Source of the DNA: Nanoarchaeum equitans Kin4-M
Lineage (GTDB): Archaea; Nanobdellota; Nanobdellia; Nanobdellales; Nanoarchaeaceae
Assembly: GCA_000008085.1 (NCBI GenBank)
Contig: AE017199.1
Coordinates: forward strand, 90,001-122,000
DNA length: 32,000 bases
Direction: 5' to 3'
Positions 1 through 8,040 of the stretch are shown here, one piece after another; position 1 is the stretch's first letter; every line of letters begins with the position of its first letter. The position numbers were made by a program, and so were the translations under genes. Under the pieces are notes generated by a model. That model saw only the letters and a program-made list of their open reading frames with translations. It had not been told where the DNA came from and did no database searches.

Positions 1-2
1 GC

Positions 3-296
3 TTAGAGAAGCATGGCATTAAAATATTTACAGATGTTCAATTGGATAGAATAAAGCTTTATATTAATGGACCTATGACATATGAAGCTGCGGCAGATCT
101 AGTTAGGCTTTTAGCTATTAAACATTTTGTTGAGAGAAAAATCGAACTACCAATAGAAAAAGAAGAAAAGTTGTTTGCCAAATCTTTATTGGCATGGAGC
201 TGGAAAAAGATGTCGGAATATTATGACAAAAAGCCTTCAAAGCTTAGAGACGAAATAAGAAAGATATGCAAAGAATTATACCGTTCCTATTTCTAA
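3..296 (+). CDS. Partial CDS (5' end outside window), uncharacterised protein C-terminus
   Basis: The reading frame stays open upstream of the tracked TTG start at 42 to the window edge (LEKHGIKIFTDVQLDRIKLYINGPMTYEAA...). It overlaps the next gene by 31 nt. Confidence 0.55.
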   Translation, partial: LEKHGIKIFTDVQLDRIKLYINGPMTYEAAADLVRLLAIKHFVERKIELPIEKEEKLFAKSLLAWSWKKMSEYYDKKPSKLRDEIRKICKELYRSYF

Positions 297-919
297 TATT
301 AGTATTAGTATTTCTATCTCTAATACCAAAGAGTTGTAAAGTAGAATATGTTATTGATGGAGATACAATAAAAACGAGTTGTGGTAAAGTAAGGCTTTCT
401 TTAATTGATGCCCACGAAAGAGGAGAACCGCTATATGAAAAAGCGAAAGAGTTTGTTCAACAATTTCTTAGAAATTGTGACCCCGTTATAATAAAAGAAG
501 GCTATGATAAATATAATAGAATTTTAGCGTTAGTTAAATGTAACAACAAAACATTGAATGTTGAGTTAGTAAAAAACAAACTGGCTATTGTTTATTTAAG
601 GTATTGTCCTTATTCCAAATTTAGAGATTATGATATATTTTATAATTTTTGCCATTATATTAAATCAAACAAATATGGTTGTTTAGAACTAAAAAGGAAA
701 GGGCAAAAAGTTATTATTTTTAACAAATGCGATAAAATCCATATCGATGGGTTTGTTACTACATATAATGGAGAGTTTATTCCTATTAATGTTACTATTG
801 AAAAACAATATACTATCGATTTTTATGCCTATTTTCACAAAAATGTTTTAGACCCGAAAGAGAAAATTTTTGTATTCGATAGGAATGGCTTTTTGTTAGC
901 TCAGCTTGGCTCTTCTTAA
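266..919 (+). CDS. Secreted or membrane-anchored staphylococcal-nuclease-like (SNase/thermonuclease) protein
   Basis: N-terminal hydrophobic segment MQRIIPFLFLILVLVFLSLIP, followed by SNase-type motifs: VIDGDTIK, VRLSLIDAHERG, DKYNRILALVKCN, LNVELVKNKLAIVY. Confidence 0.8.
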   Translation: MQRIIPFLFLILVLVFLSLIPKSCKVEYVIDGDTIKTSCGKVRLSLIDAHERGEPLYEKAKEFVQQFLRNCDPVIIKEGYDKYNRILALVKCNNKTLNVELVKNKLAIVYLRYCPYSKFRDYDIFYNFCHYIKSNKYGCLELKRKGQKVIIFNKCDKIHIDGFVTTYNGEFIPINVTIEKQYTIDFYAYFHKNVLDPKEKIFVFDRNGFLLAQLGSS

Positions 920-949
920 TCACTGCTCATCCTGGGACAGCCTCATCAT
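901..949 (-). ncRNA. Candidate archaeal C/D box sRNA
   Basis: Minus strand 949->901 reads ATGATGA-GGCTGTCCCAGG-ATGA-GCA-GTGATTA-AGAAGAGCCAAG-CTGA, i.e. C-12nt-D'-3nt-C'-12nt-D. Confidence 0.65.
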
Positions 950-1776
950 TTTTGCTTTAGTTTTTCTAAAACTTTTTCGAAATGTGGGAGCTTATCAAAG
1001 GCATATTCAACTAAGCTATCTAAAGCTTTAGCTAAAAATTCAGAATTAATCCATATACCGACATCGTTTTGGTCATAAGCATTTTGGTCATCGTTTAGCA
1101 TAAATAATACTTCTTTTCCATCAACTATTATCATTCTACTATTTATTTTATCGCTATCCCTAATTTCTACATAAGGAGCAATTTTTTTCAAATATTCTAC
1201 ATTTCTCTCTGTTATTTTTGTTGCCATTTTTATGTTTACTCCCCTATTGTATAATTGTTTAAATAGCTCTTCAAATGCTCTTACTTTCCTAATAGCTCCA
1301 GTTTCGGTAGTGAATATTATAACTTTTTCCTCTGCTCCCCTCAGCATAGCCTCCATTTGGGAATATACACTATATCTCCCCCTAATGGAAGCAGCATTGT
1401 CAGTTATATCTAAATTCTTTAGCCCTTGTTTATATAATAATTCTAGTTGTGCAGCTAAATCGCTTTGTGCTATCAAATCTAATTTTTTAGCTTTTTCTTG
1501 TGCTTCCTGTAATAGCCTTTGTTTTACCCTATTAAATACTTCTCTAGGGGGGATAGCAGCATATTTAATAGGTTTTCCTAATCTCATAACGACAAAACCT
1601 TTTTTCTCTAAGCTTTCTAAAATATCATAAGCCCTACTTCTTGGGACATTAGCCATATCTGATAGTTCTCCAGCGGTAGCTTCCCCTTTAGCCAATAGAG
1701 CCAACCAAATTCTTGCTTCATATAGATTTAGACCAAATATTTGTCTTACTGTATTTACTAAATCCTCATTTATCAT
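946..1776 (-). CDS. TrmB-family transcriptional regulator (N-terminal HTH, C-terminal PLD-like effector domain)
   Basis: HTH segment LNLYEARIWLALLAKGEATAGELSDMANVPRSRAYDILESLEKKGFV is typical of TrmB. The C-terminal part resembles the TrmB regulatory domain. Confidence 0.85.
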   Translation of the reverse strand: MINEDLVNTVRQIFGLNLYEARIWLALLAKGEATAGELSDMANVPRSRAYDILESLEKKGFVVMRLGKPIKYAAIPPREVFNRVKQRLLQEAQEKAKKLDLIAQSDLAAQLELLYKQGLKNLDITDNAASIRGRYSVYSQMEAMLRGAEEKVIIFTTETGAIRKVRAFEELFKQLYNRGVNIKMATKITERNVEYLKKIAPYVEIRDSDKINSRMIIVDGKEVLFMLNDDQNAYDQNDVGIWINSEFLAKALDSLVEYAFDKLPHFEKVLEKLKQK

Positions 1777-1811
1777 TAGCTTATAGATAGACCTGATTTA
1801 AAAATTTTTTG

Positions 1812-1829
1812 TTTACCTATCGTGGTAAA
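1812..1829. promoter_or_regulatory. Inverted repeat TTTACC-n6-GGTAAA, candidate operator
   Basis: Perfect 6-bp arms in the divergent region between the TrmB-like gene and the pilin-like genes. Confidence 0.4.
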
Positions 1830-1845
1830 GTAGTTAAACATCCCA

Positions 1846-1853
1846 TTTATAAA
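1846..1853 (+). promoter_or_regulatory. TATA box TTTATAAA for a leaderless pilin-like transcript
   Basis: Centre is 25.5 bp upstream of the GTG start at 1875. Confidence 0.6.
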
Positions 1854-1874
1854 TAAAAAAACTATTATCGATAT

Positions 1875-2651
1875 GTGCGCAGGGCACTAGAGTTGCCAAT
1901 AAACATTATAATAATATTAGTAATAGTGTTTTTCGTATTTACTATTGTTGTAGGGTTTGTACCTAAGCTATTAGGGGGAACCCTAGGCAAATTAGGAAGA
2001 ATTAGCGCTTATACCCAAGCTAATAGTGTTACCGCTGCCCAATCCACATGCCAAACATGGTGTGAAACTGCAAAACAAGCGAGTTCTCCCCAACAATTTT
2101 TAACTTCTACTTATTGTACTAAAAAAATCGCTATCCCTGCGTCGAATGGTTGTTGGCCCTCCCCAGTTAATGCTGGGGGTAGAGGGGAATGGTTACACCC
2201 CTGTGGGGGCTCTACTGTTAGCGAAACCCAATGTGGAGCAAGAATAACAAATTTTGATGAAAACTATAAAGGAAATAATAATATGAAATCTTACGACCCT
2301 GGCTGTGTTTCTGCTGACGATTTGTATAAGGAATGTACAACAGATAATGATTTATGTGTTTTTGTACCAGCAGGGTTAAAAGTTAATATTCCAACCAATT
2401 GTTGGGGAACCCCCATAGAAACACCTTGCGATACCGTTATATTTGTTGGAGATAAAACCTACGATTGTGGGGTAAGAAGGTTTTATGTTAAAGTAGATAA
2501 AGGAAAAGTTACATTATTCCATAGTAATAATGGTGGAACAGAAGTAGAAATGTGTGCTTGTAGGGATATGTCCAGAACAGATAAGGAAGTTTATTTGATA
2601 TATTTTGATGGCAAAGTATTAACATGCACTATAGGAGAGCAATGTCAATAA
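1875..2651 (+). CDS. Pilin-like secreted/surface Cys-rich protein (paralog 1)
   Basis: GTG start. N-terminus MRRALELPINIIIILVIVFFVFTIVVGFVPKLLG has a short basic head plus hydrophobic helix like archaeal type IV pilins. It shares CxxWC...FL..xYCTKxxAIP with the next gene. Confidence 0.6.
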   Translation: MRRALELPINIIIILVIVFFVFTIVVGFVPKLLGGTLGKLGRISAYTQANSVTAAQSTCQTWCETAKQASSPQQFLTSTYCTKKIAIPASNGCWPSPVNAGGRGEWLHPCGGSTVSETQCGARITNFDENYKGNNNMKSYDPGCVSADDLYKECTTDNDLCVFVPAGLKVNIPTNCWGTPIETPCDTVIFVGDKTYDCGVRRFYVKVDKGKVTLFHSNNGGTEVEMCACRDMSRTDKEVYLIYFDGKVLTCTIGEQCQ

Positions 2652-2680
2652 CCTTTAAAAATAGTAAACATAAAAGAAAT

Positions 2681-3595
2681 ATGCGAAGATCTATAGAATT
2701 ACCAATATCTGTAGTGCTCTTCGCAATAATAGGTTTAATGGTTTTTTCTATATTATTGGGATTCATTCCCAAGGTTTTAGGCTCTTTGTTAGGAGGTTTT
2801 ATGTCCTCTGTTTCCGCTACTAAAGCGCAATCGATAGAGGAAGCAAGAGCTATTTGCCAGCAATGGTGTTCTTTAGCTAAAACTTCTAGCACACCAGAGA
2901 AATTCCTTAATAGTGATTTTTGTACAAAATATGTTGCTATCCCTTCCCAAACTAGAAACGCTTGTGGAGTAAAAAATACAAAACCCAACCTATATGTATG
3001 TAACGGCATATACAAATACGACAGTGGGAATAGCCAATGGGTGCTCCTTACGGGATGTGAAAAATATGAAACTGGCTCCCAATATAATTTAAGCAGTGAT
3101 GCTAATTGCAAAATCACGAATTTTAATGTAGATTGCAGAAGAAACGGTTTTGTTCTAAAATGCAATGTTGAATTGAAAACAGAAGGCTCTTGCACAGTAG
3201 ATAGTGTTAAATTATTTTATGGAATCGCCAATGGTTTCGTTGTTGCTTTAGCTGGCGAAGACGAAAGTAGTGTAACAATAAAAAATGGCGGAAGCTACAC
3301 CATAAGCCAATCTAAATCTCTATCATTAAATTCCGGTTCTTACAAAGGAGAAATAGAGATAGAAGATCCTTGTTATACTAAATACCATTACGATAAAGCG
3401 AGATGTGAAAGCGATAGTGCTTGCTCTTGGTTAAAAACTGGTAAAAGCATTGAACTAAAAAAATGTTACGAAAACCCAATAGGAGTGGTATGCTCTTTGC
3501 CCCCATTATTAGTTGGAACAGTTCAATATAGCTGTGCAAGTGATGAAAAAGGTTGTTTCTGTATAGGGAGCGATGGTTCTATTCTAAGAAAGTGA
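2681..3595 (+). CDS. Pilin-like secreted/surface Cys-rich protein (paralog 2)
   Basis: The ORF track starts at 2624, but the homologous start is MRRSIELPISVVLFAIIGLMVFSILLGFIPKVLG at 2681. ICQQWCSLAKTSSTPEKFLNSDFCTKYVAIP is paralogous to the preceding protein. Confidence 0.6.
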   Translation: MRRSIELPISVVLFAIIGLMVFSILLGFIPKVLGSLLGGFMSSVSATKAQSIEEARAICQQWCSLAKTSSTPEKFLNSDFCTKYVAIPSQTRNACGVKNTKPNLYVCNGIYKYDSGNSQWVLLTGCEKYETGSQYNLSSDANCKITNFNVDCRRNGFVLKCNVELKTEGSCTVDSVKLFYGIANGFVVALAGEDESSVTIKNGGSYTISQSKSLSLNSGSYKGEIEIEDPCYTKYHYDKARCESDSACSWLKTGKSIELKKCYENPIGVVCSLPPLLVGTVQYSCASDEKGCFCIGSDGSILRK

Positions 3596-3693
3596 GCAAA
3601 CTTTTAGTTTATATATTTATGTTTTTGCTTATAACACTTTTGTTAGTATTGTTTACAAACCATTTGATGAACGCTTTTAAAATAGGCCAATAG
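3592..3693 (+). CDS. Small single-TM protein (33 aa)
   Basis: GTG start overlaps the upstream TGA (GTGA). Translation is MSKLLVYIFMFLLITLLLVLFTNHLMNAFKIGQ, sitting between paralog 2 and the L11 gene. Confidence 0.4.
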   Translation: MSKLLVYIFMFLLITLLLVLFTNHLMNAFKIGQ

Positions 3694-3701
3694 ACAAAGC
3701 G

Positions 3702-4184
3702 ATGGGTGAGATAGCAATTAGACTTTTAGTTACAGGAGGTAAAGCGACCCCTGGCCCACCAATAGGGCCTGCACTTAGCCCATTCAAAATAAACCCTGGT
3801 AAGGTTGTCGCAGAAATAAACAAACTCACTAAAGAATATGAAGGTTTGCCTGTACCTGTAGAAATAATAATAAATCCAGAAACCAAGGAATATAAAATCA
3901 TCGTTGGTTTGCCTCCAACTTCAGCATTATTAATGAAAGCTGCTGGAGTAACAAGGGGCCCACAAAGAACAGTTCACGAATGGGTTGGTAATGTATCTAT
4001 GAAAGATGTTGTGGAAATAGCTAAAAAGAAAATAGATTCTATGCCAACTAGTTCTTTAAAAGCAGCAGTCAAATCTGTATTAGGTACAGCGAGGGCCACT
4101 GGTATAAAAGTTGAGAACAAAGACCCAAAAGAAGTAACTAAAGAGGTTGACGAAGGAAAATGGGACCATATTATAAATGAATAG
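3702..4184 (+). CDS. rpl11: 50S ribosomal protein L11 (uL11)
   Basis: VTGGKATPGPPIGPALSPFKINPGKVVAEINKLTKEYEGLPVPVEIIINPETKEYKI...GVTRGPQRTVHEWVGNVSMKDVVEIAKKK. Confidence 0.95.
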   Translation: MGEIAIRLLVTGGKATPGPPIGPALSPFKINPGKVVAEINKLTKEYEGLPVPVEIIINPETKEYKIIVGLPPTSALLMKAAGVTRGPQRTVHEWVGNVSMKDVVEIAKKKIDSMPTSSLKAAVKSVLGTARATGIKVENKDPKEVTKEVDEGKWDHIINE

Positions 4185-5889
4185 AATTATATCAATTAAT
4201 GGACCATTAGTTATAGCCAAAGGGAAATTCTCTATATTTGAAGTAGTTAGGGTTGGAGAAGAAAAACTAATTGGGGAAGTAATTGGTATAGAGAATGACA
4301 AAGCTTATATACAAGTTTACGAAGACACTAATGGCTTAAAAGTTGGTGAGCCTGTATTTAATACAGGGAAACCATTAACTATAGAGCTTGGTCCAGGTTT
4401 GTTAGCCAATATTTTTGATGGGTTGGGACGACCACTAAAAGATATCTATGAAAAAACCCAATCCATATATATTCCAAAAGGAATTGATTTACCAACCCTA
4501 GATAGAAAAAAAGTATGGGAATTTATTCCAAAAAAGAAAAAGGGCGATACAATAAAGGGAGGCGATATAATTGGGACTGTAAATGAAAATGGATTTGAAC
4601 ATAGAATTATTGTCCCACCAAATGTTGAAGGCAAAATAGAAGAGATATATGAGGGCAATTTTACCATAGAGGAAACTATTGCTATAGTAAATGGGAAACC
4701 AATAAAATTATATCATGAATGGCCTATTAGGAAACCTCGTCCTTATAAAGAGAAATTAGATTATAATTATCCATTTATTACTGGTACTAGAGTTTTAGAT
4801 ATAATGTTTCCTATAGCCAAAGGAGGTAGTGCTGCTGTTCCTGGCCCATTTGGTTCGGGCAAAACAGTTCTAAACCAACAAATAGCAAAATGGGCCGATA
4901 GCGATATAGTTATATACATCGGTTGTGGAGAAAGAGGTAATGAAATGACCGAAGTTTTAGAAGAATTTCCAAAATTAAAAGATCCCAAAACAGGTAAACC
5001 TTTAATGTATAGAACTATTTTGATAGCCAATACCTCTAATATGCCTATAGCCGCTAGGGAAGCATCTATATATTTGGGCGCCACAATTGGAGAATACTTT
5101 AGAGACCAAGGTTATAGTGTTGTTGTTAATGCTGATTCCACTTCTAGATGGGCCGAAGCGTTAAGAGAAATCTCTTCTAGGCTTGGAGAAATCCCAAGCG
5201 AAGAAGGATACCCGGCATATTTGTTAAGAAAATTGGCCGAATTCTATGAAAGATCTGGAAGAGTAAGAACATTAAACGATTTAGAAGGCTCTTTAACAAT
5301 AATTGGAGCAGTTTCTCCCCCTGGAGGAGATTTCAGCGAACCAGTAACTCAAAATACCTTAAGATTAGTAGGAGCACTATGGGCCTTAGATTCTAAATTA
5401 GCTTACAAAAGGCATTACCCCGCAATAAACTATTTAATATCTTATACAAAACAATGGGAGTTTGTTAAAAAATATTTCGAAGAGCTTTATGAAGATGTGA
5501 TAGAGATTAGAGAAGAATTCTTTGCCATACTAAAAAGGGAATCTGAATTAATGGATATAGTTTCAATAGTTGGACCTGATGCTTTGTCCGACAATGAAAA
5601 AATCTATTTACATATGGGAAGAATAATAAGAGAGGGCTTTTTACAACAAGATGCATTCGATGAAAACGATTCTTATTCGCCTTTAGAAAAAACCATCGAG
5701 TTAATGAGAATAATCCATAAATATTATGTTACAGTAAAGCAATTATTAGGTAAAATCCCATTAGAAGAAATAGAACAGAAAGGAATACACGAAAAAATAA
5801 TAAAACTAAGGTATAAAAGTTTAAAGGAATTCAGAGAAGAAATAAAAGCTATTGAACAAGAGATTTTATCTCTTCTAAATTCTCAATAG
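4177..5889 (+). CDS. atpA: V/A-type ATP synthase catalytic subunit A
   Basis: P-loop GPFGSGKT, GCGERGNEMTEVLEEFP, and NADSTSRWAEALREISSRLGEIPSEEGYPAYL. No intein in the P-loop. Confidence 0.95.
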   Translation: MNRIISINGPLVIAKGKFSIFEVVRVGEEKLIGEVIGIENDKAYIQVYEDTNGLKVGEPVFNTGKPLTIELGPGLLANIFDGLGRPLKDIYEKTQSIYIPKGIDLPTLDRKKVWEFIPKKKKGDTIKGGDIIGTVNENGFEHRIIVPPNVEGKIEEIYEGNFTIEETIAIVNGKPIKLYHEWPIRKPRPYKEKLDYNYPFITGTRVLDIMFPIAKGGSAAVPGPFGSGKTVLNQQIAKWADSDIVIYIGCGERGNEMTEVLEEFPKLKDPKTGKPLMYRTILIANTSNMPIAAREASIYLGATIGEYFRDQGYSVVVNADSTSRWAEALREISSRLGEIPSEEGYPAYLLRKLAEFYERSGRVRTLNDLEGSLTIIGAVSPPGGDFSEPVTQNTLRLVGALWALDSKLAYKRHYPAINYLISYTKQWEFVKKYFEELYEDVIEIREEFFAILKRESELMDIVSIVGPDALSDNEKIYLHMGRIIREGFLQQDAFDENDSYSPLEKTIELMRIIHKYYVTVKQLLGKIPLEEIEQKGIHEKIIKLRYKSLKEFREEIKAIEQEILSLLNSQ

Positions 5890-7063
5890 GTATTTTCTTT
5901 CTTTCCCTTGTTAGCCTATCTTGAAATGTTACTAAATTATTGGCTAAATCCTTTTTACCAACAATAACTAAATACCTAATGTCTTTCTCTATAACATATT
6001 CCATTTGTTTCTTAAAGTCCCTTCTAAGCAAATCAATATAAACATTTAATCCCAAATCTCTTAATTTATTGGCAATTCTCCATGCTTCTTTGAAAACCTC
6101 TATATAAATAACTGCGATTTGCGTATATGTCTTTTTGTTTAGATTAAATATACCTTTTTCTAAACCAACATCGATTAATGGGTTAATACCTATACTCCCT
6201 CCAACGGCAGGAATTTTTTCTTTAGAAAATATCCCTATTAGATTATCGTACCTACCACCTCCGCCCAGGGCTCTATTAAAACCTTCAATCCACACTTCAT
6301 AAACCATACCAGTATAATAATCAAAACCCCTGGCTAATTTTATATCAATTTTTATTTTATTTTTCTTTTCCACTAAATCAATAATTTCCCAAAACTCCTT
6401 TGGATAAAATTCTTCAGGATTCTCTTTTAGCAATTCTATTATCTTTTCAGCTTTATCCGTTATTTGCTTTAGTTTTTCTAATACCCCTTCTTCTCCTATT
6501 TTGTCCCACTTATCTATAATTCTAGCTATTTCAATAAATTTATCCTTTTCTCCTACTTTTTCTATTAGTGATTCTAATGCCCTTCTATCAGAAACTCTTA
6601 GATAAACATTAAATCCTAAAGTTTCATAAGCCTCTATCATCATATTTAATATCTCTGCATCCGCTTCAGGATAAGGAGAACCAACTATATCGGCATCGGC
6701 TTGCCAAAACTCTCTATATCTTCCTTTTTGTGGTTCATCGTATCTAAAGGTTCTATCTATCGTATATCTCTTAAAAGGCAATTTAGGCCTAAACCTTGCG
6801 AAATACCTAGCCAATGGCACAGTTTGGTCATATTTTAATGCATACCATTTTTTGCTTTGTGGTACCCTAAACCGCCATATCTCTTTTTTCTCTGCTTCTT
6901 CCCCATATTTGCCTTTTAATGTGTCCCAATATTCTACAATTGGAGTAATAATTGGATCAAACCCGTATTTTTGGTAAACGCTTTCTATTTTTGATACTAT
7001 TTCTTTCCATAATATGGCCAATTCTGGAGTAAAATCCTTTGTCCCTCTCGGAGGTAAAATCAT
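5849..7063 (-). CDS. hisS: Histidyl-tRNA synthetase
   Basis: PPRGTKDFTPE, KYDQTVPLARYFA, RAFNRALGGGGRYDNLIGIF-type class II HisRS motifs, and a C-terminal anticodon-binding domain. Confidence 0.93.
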   Translation of the reverse strand: MILPPRGTKDFTPELAILWKEIVSKIESVYQKYGFDPIITPIVEYWDTLKGKYGEEAEKKEIWRFRVPQSKKWYALKYDQTVPLARYFARFRPKLPFKRYTIDRTFRYDEPQKGRYREFWQADADIVGSPYPEADAEILNMMIEAYETLGFNVYLRVSDRRALESLIEKVGEKDKFIEIARIIDKWDKIGEEGVLEKLKQITDKAEKIIELLKENPEEFYPKEFWEIIDLVEKKNKIKIDIKLARGFDYYTGMVYEVWIEGFNRALGGGGRYDNLIGIFSKEKIPAVGGSIGINPLIDVGLEKGIFNLNKKTYTQIAVIYIEVFKEAWRIANKLRDLGLNVYIDLLRRDFKKQMEYVIEKDIRYLVIVGKKDLANNLVTFQDRLTRERKKIPIENLEEIKSLVQ

Positions 7064-8040
7064 ATTCTTATTTTGTTAGGTAACTCTTCAAAAACTTGTT
7101 TAGGGTCTTTATCTATCTCTACTCTTGGGACAGGTAAAAATTTTTTGTAATTACCTGCTGCTATTACTAAGGATTTGTTCCTTTTTGGAAACACCCCTAT
7201 TATTGTTTTACCAGTTTCTTTATGGATTATTTCTATTGCTCTTTCTAAACCAATGTTGTGCTCTTTAAATAAAGCAAATATAGTATTATGTTTTTCTATT
7301 CTCTCTATTTTGCCTTCGAAAAACTCTTTTAGAATAGAGGAAACCTTTTCCAAATAATTATTCAAATATTGGGTAGCTATGTCTAAGGATCTTTGCCTTT
7401 TCATTAACAAACCAAAAGCATAATGGTATTCCTTTTTTTCTATTAAAGCATCTAAGGCCAAATCTAATAAAATCAAATCATCAAAAAGGTTTTCCCCCAA
7501 CAAATAATGGTCCATTAACACGTTTTCTGCATCTTTTATTAATTCTAGATCCATCCTTCTTAGAATTATGTTTGTTACTAGTTTATCCTTATCTTTGTCG
7601 CTTAGATCACTAAATTTTATCCATGCTTTTTGAGGATCTAAATTAGACTCTCTTAAAAATTTCTTTACCCCTCTACTATCTGCAGTAACCCCTGGGATAT
7701 AAATAAAAAAGCTTTGTTCTAGCGATTTTATTAAAGGCCTAGTAAATATACCAGGGATAGCCAATCCCTTTTTGGGCTCTACCCCTTGTTTAGTAAGCAA
7801 AAATATTAGATCTTTTCTTTTATTTAAAGCATATTTATTATGAAATTCCAAAGCTTGTTTTATACTGAATTTCCTACCGTTTACCATAAACTCATCGGAA
7901 AACGATATTTTTACATAGAATTTTCTTTCATATAAAGGGTAAACTAATAATGCTAAAGCAATAAGGTTTTCCTTTGTGGGTTTTACTTTTATATCGGCTT
8001 TTTTTGTCTCTTCTATTTCGGAAAAAAGATTATCTATCAC
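7060..8040 (-). CDS. RecJ/GAN-like protein lacking an N-terminal DHH domain (tentative)
   Basis: IPGVTADSRGVKKFLRESN...FSDLSDKDKDKLV and a LxxLDLALDALIEKKEYHYAFGLLMKRQRSLDIATQYLNNYLEKVSSILKEF region resemble the post-DHH part of archaeal RecJ-like (COG0608) proteins. No DHH motifs are seen. Confidence 0.4.
   Translation of the reverse strand: MIDNLFSEIEETKKADIKVKPTKENLIALALLVYPLYERKFYVKISFSDEFMVNGRKFSIKQALEFHNKYALNKRKDLIFLLTKQGVEPKKGLAIPGIFTRPLIKSLEQSFFIYIPGVTADSRGVKKFLRESNLDPQKAWIKFSDLSDKDKDKLVTNIILRRMDLELIKDAENVLMDHYLLGENLFDDLILLDLALDALIEKKEYHYAFGLLMKRQRSLDIATQYLNNYLEKVSSILKEFFEGKIERIEKHNTIFALFKEHNIGLERAIEIIHKETGKTIIGVFPKRNKSLVIAAGNYKKFLPVPRVEIDKDPKQVFEELPNKIRI

Noticed and set aside
1232-1630. 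132-aa plus-strand ORF opposite the TrmB-like gene
   Set aside because: Antisense of a clear coding sequence, with low-complexity Ser/Phe-rich translation typical of a reverse-frame artefact. The same reasoning removes 2629..3195, 4080..4301, 4446..4667, 4767..5084, 7974..8267, 8044..8442, 10015..10200, 13328..13660, 14308..14679, 15819..16031, 16729..17009, 19249..19818, 20158..20602, 21263..21831, 26244..26444, 27933..28256 and 31083..31829.
3677-3901. Possible minus-strand protein opposite the uL11 gene
   Set aside because: Fully antisense to highly conserved L11 codons.
4840-4900. Intein insertion at the ATPase A P-loop
   Set aside because: The P-loop region GPFGSGKTVLNQQIAKWAD is uninterrupted.
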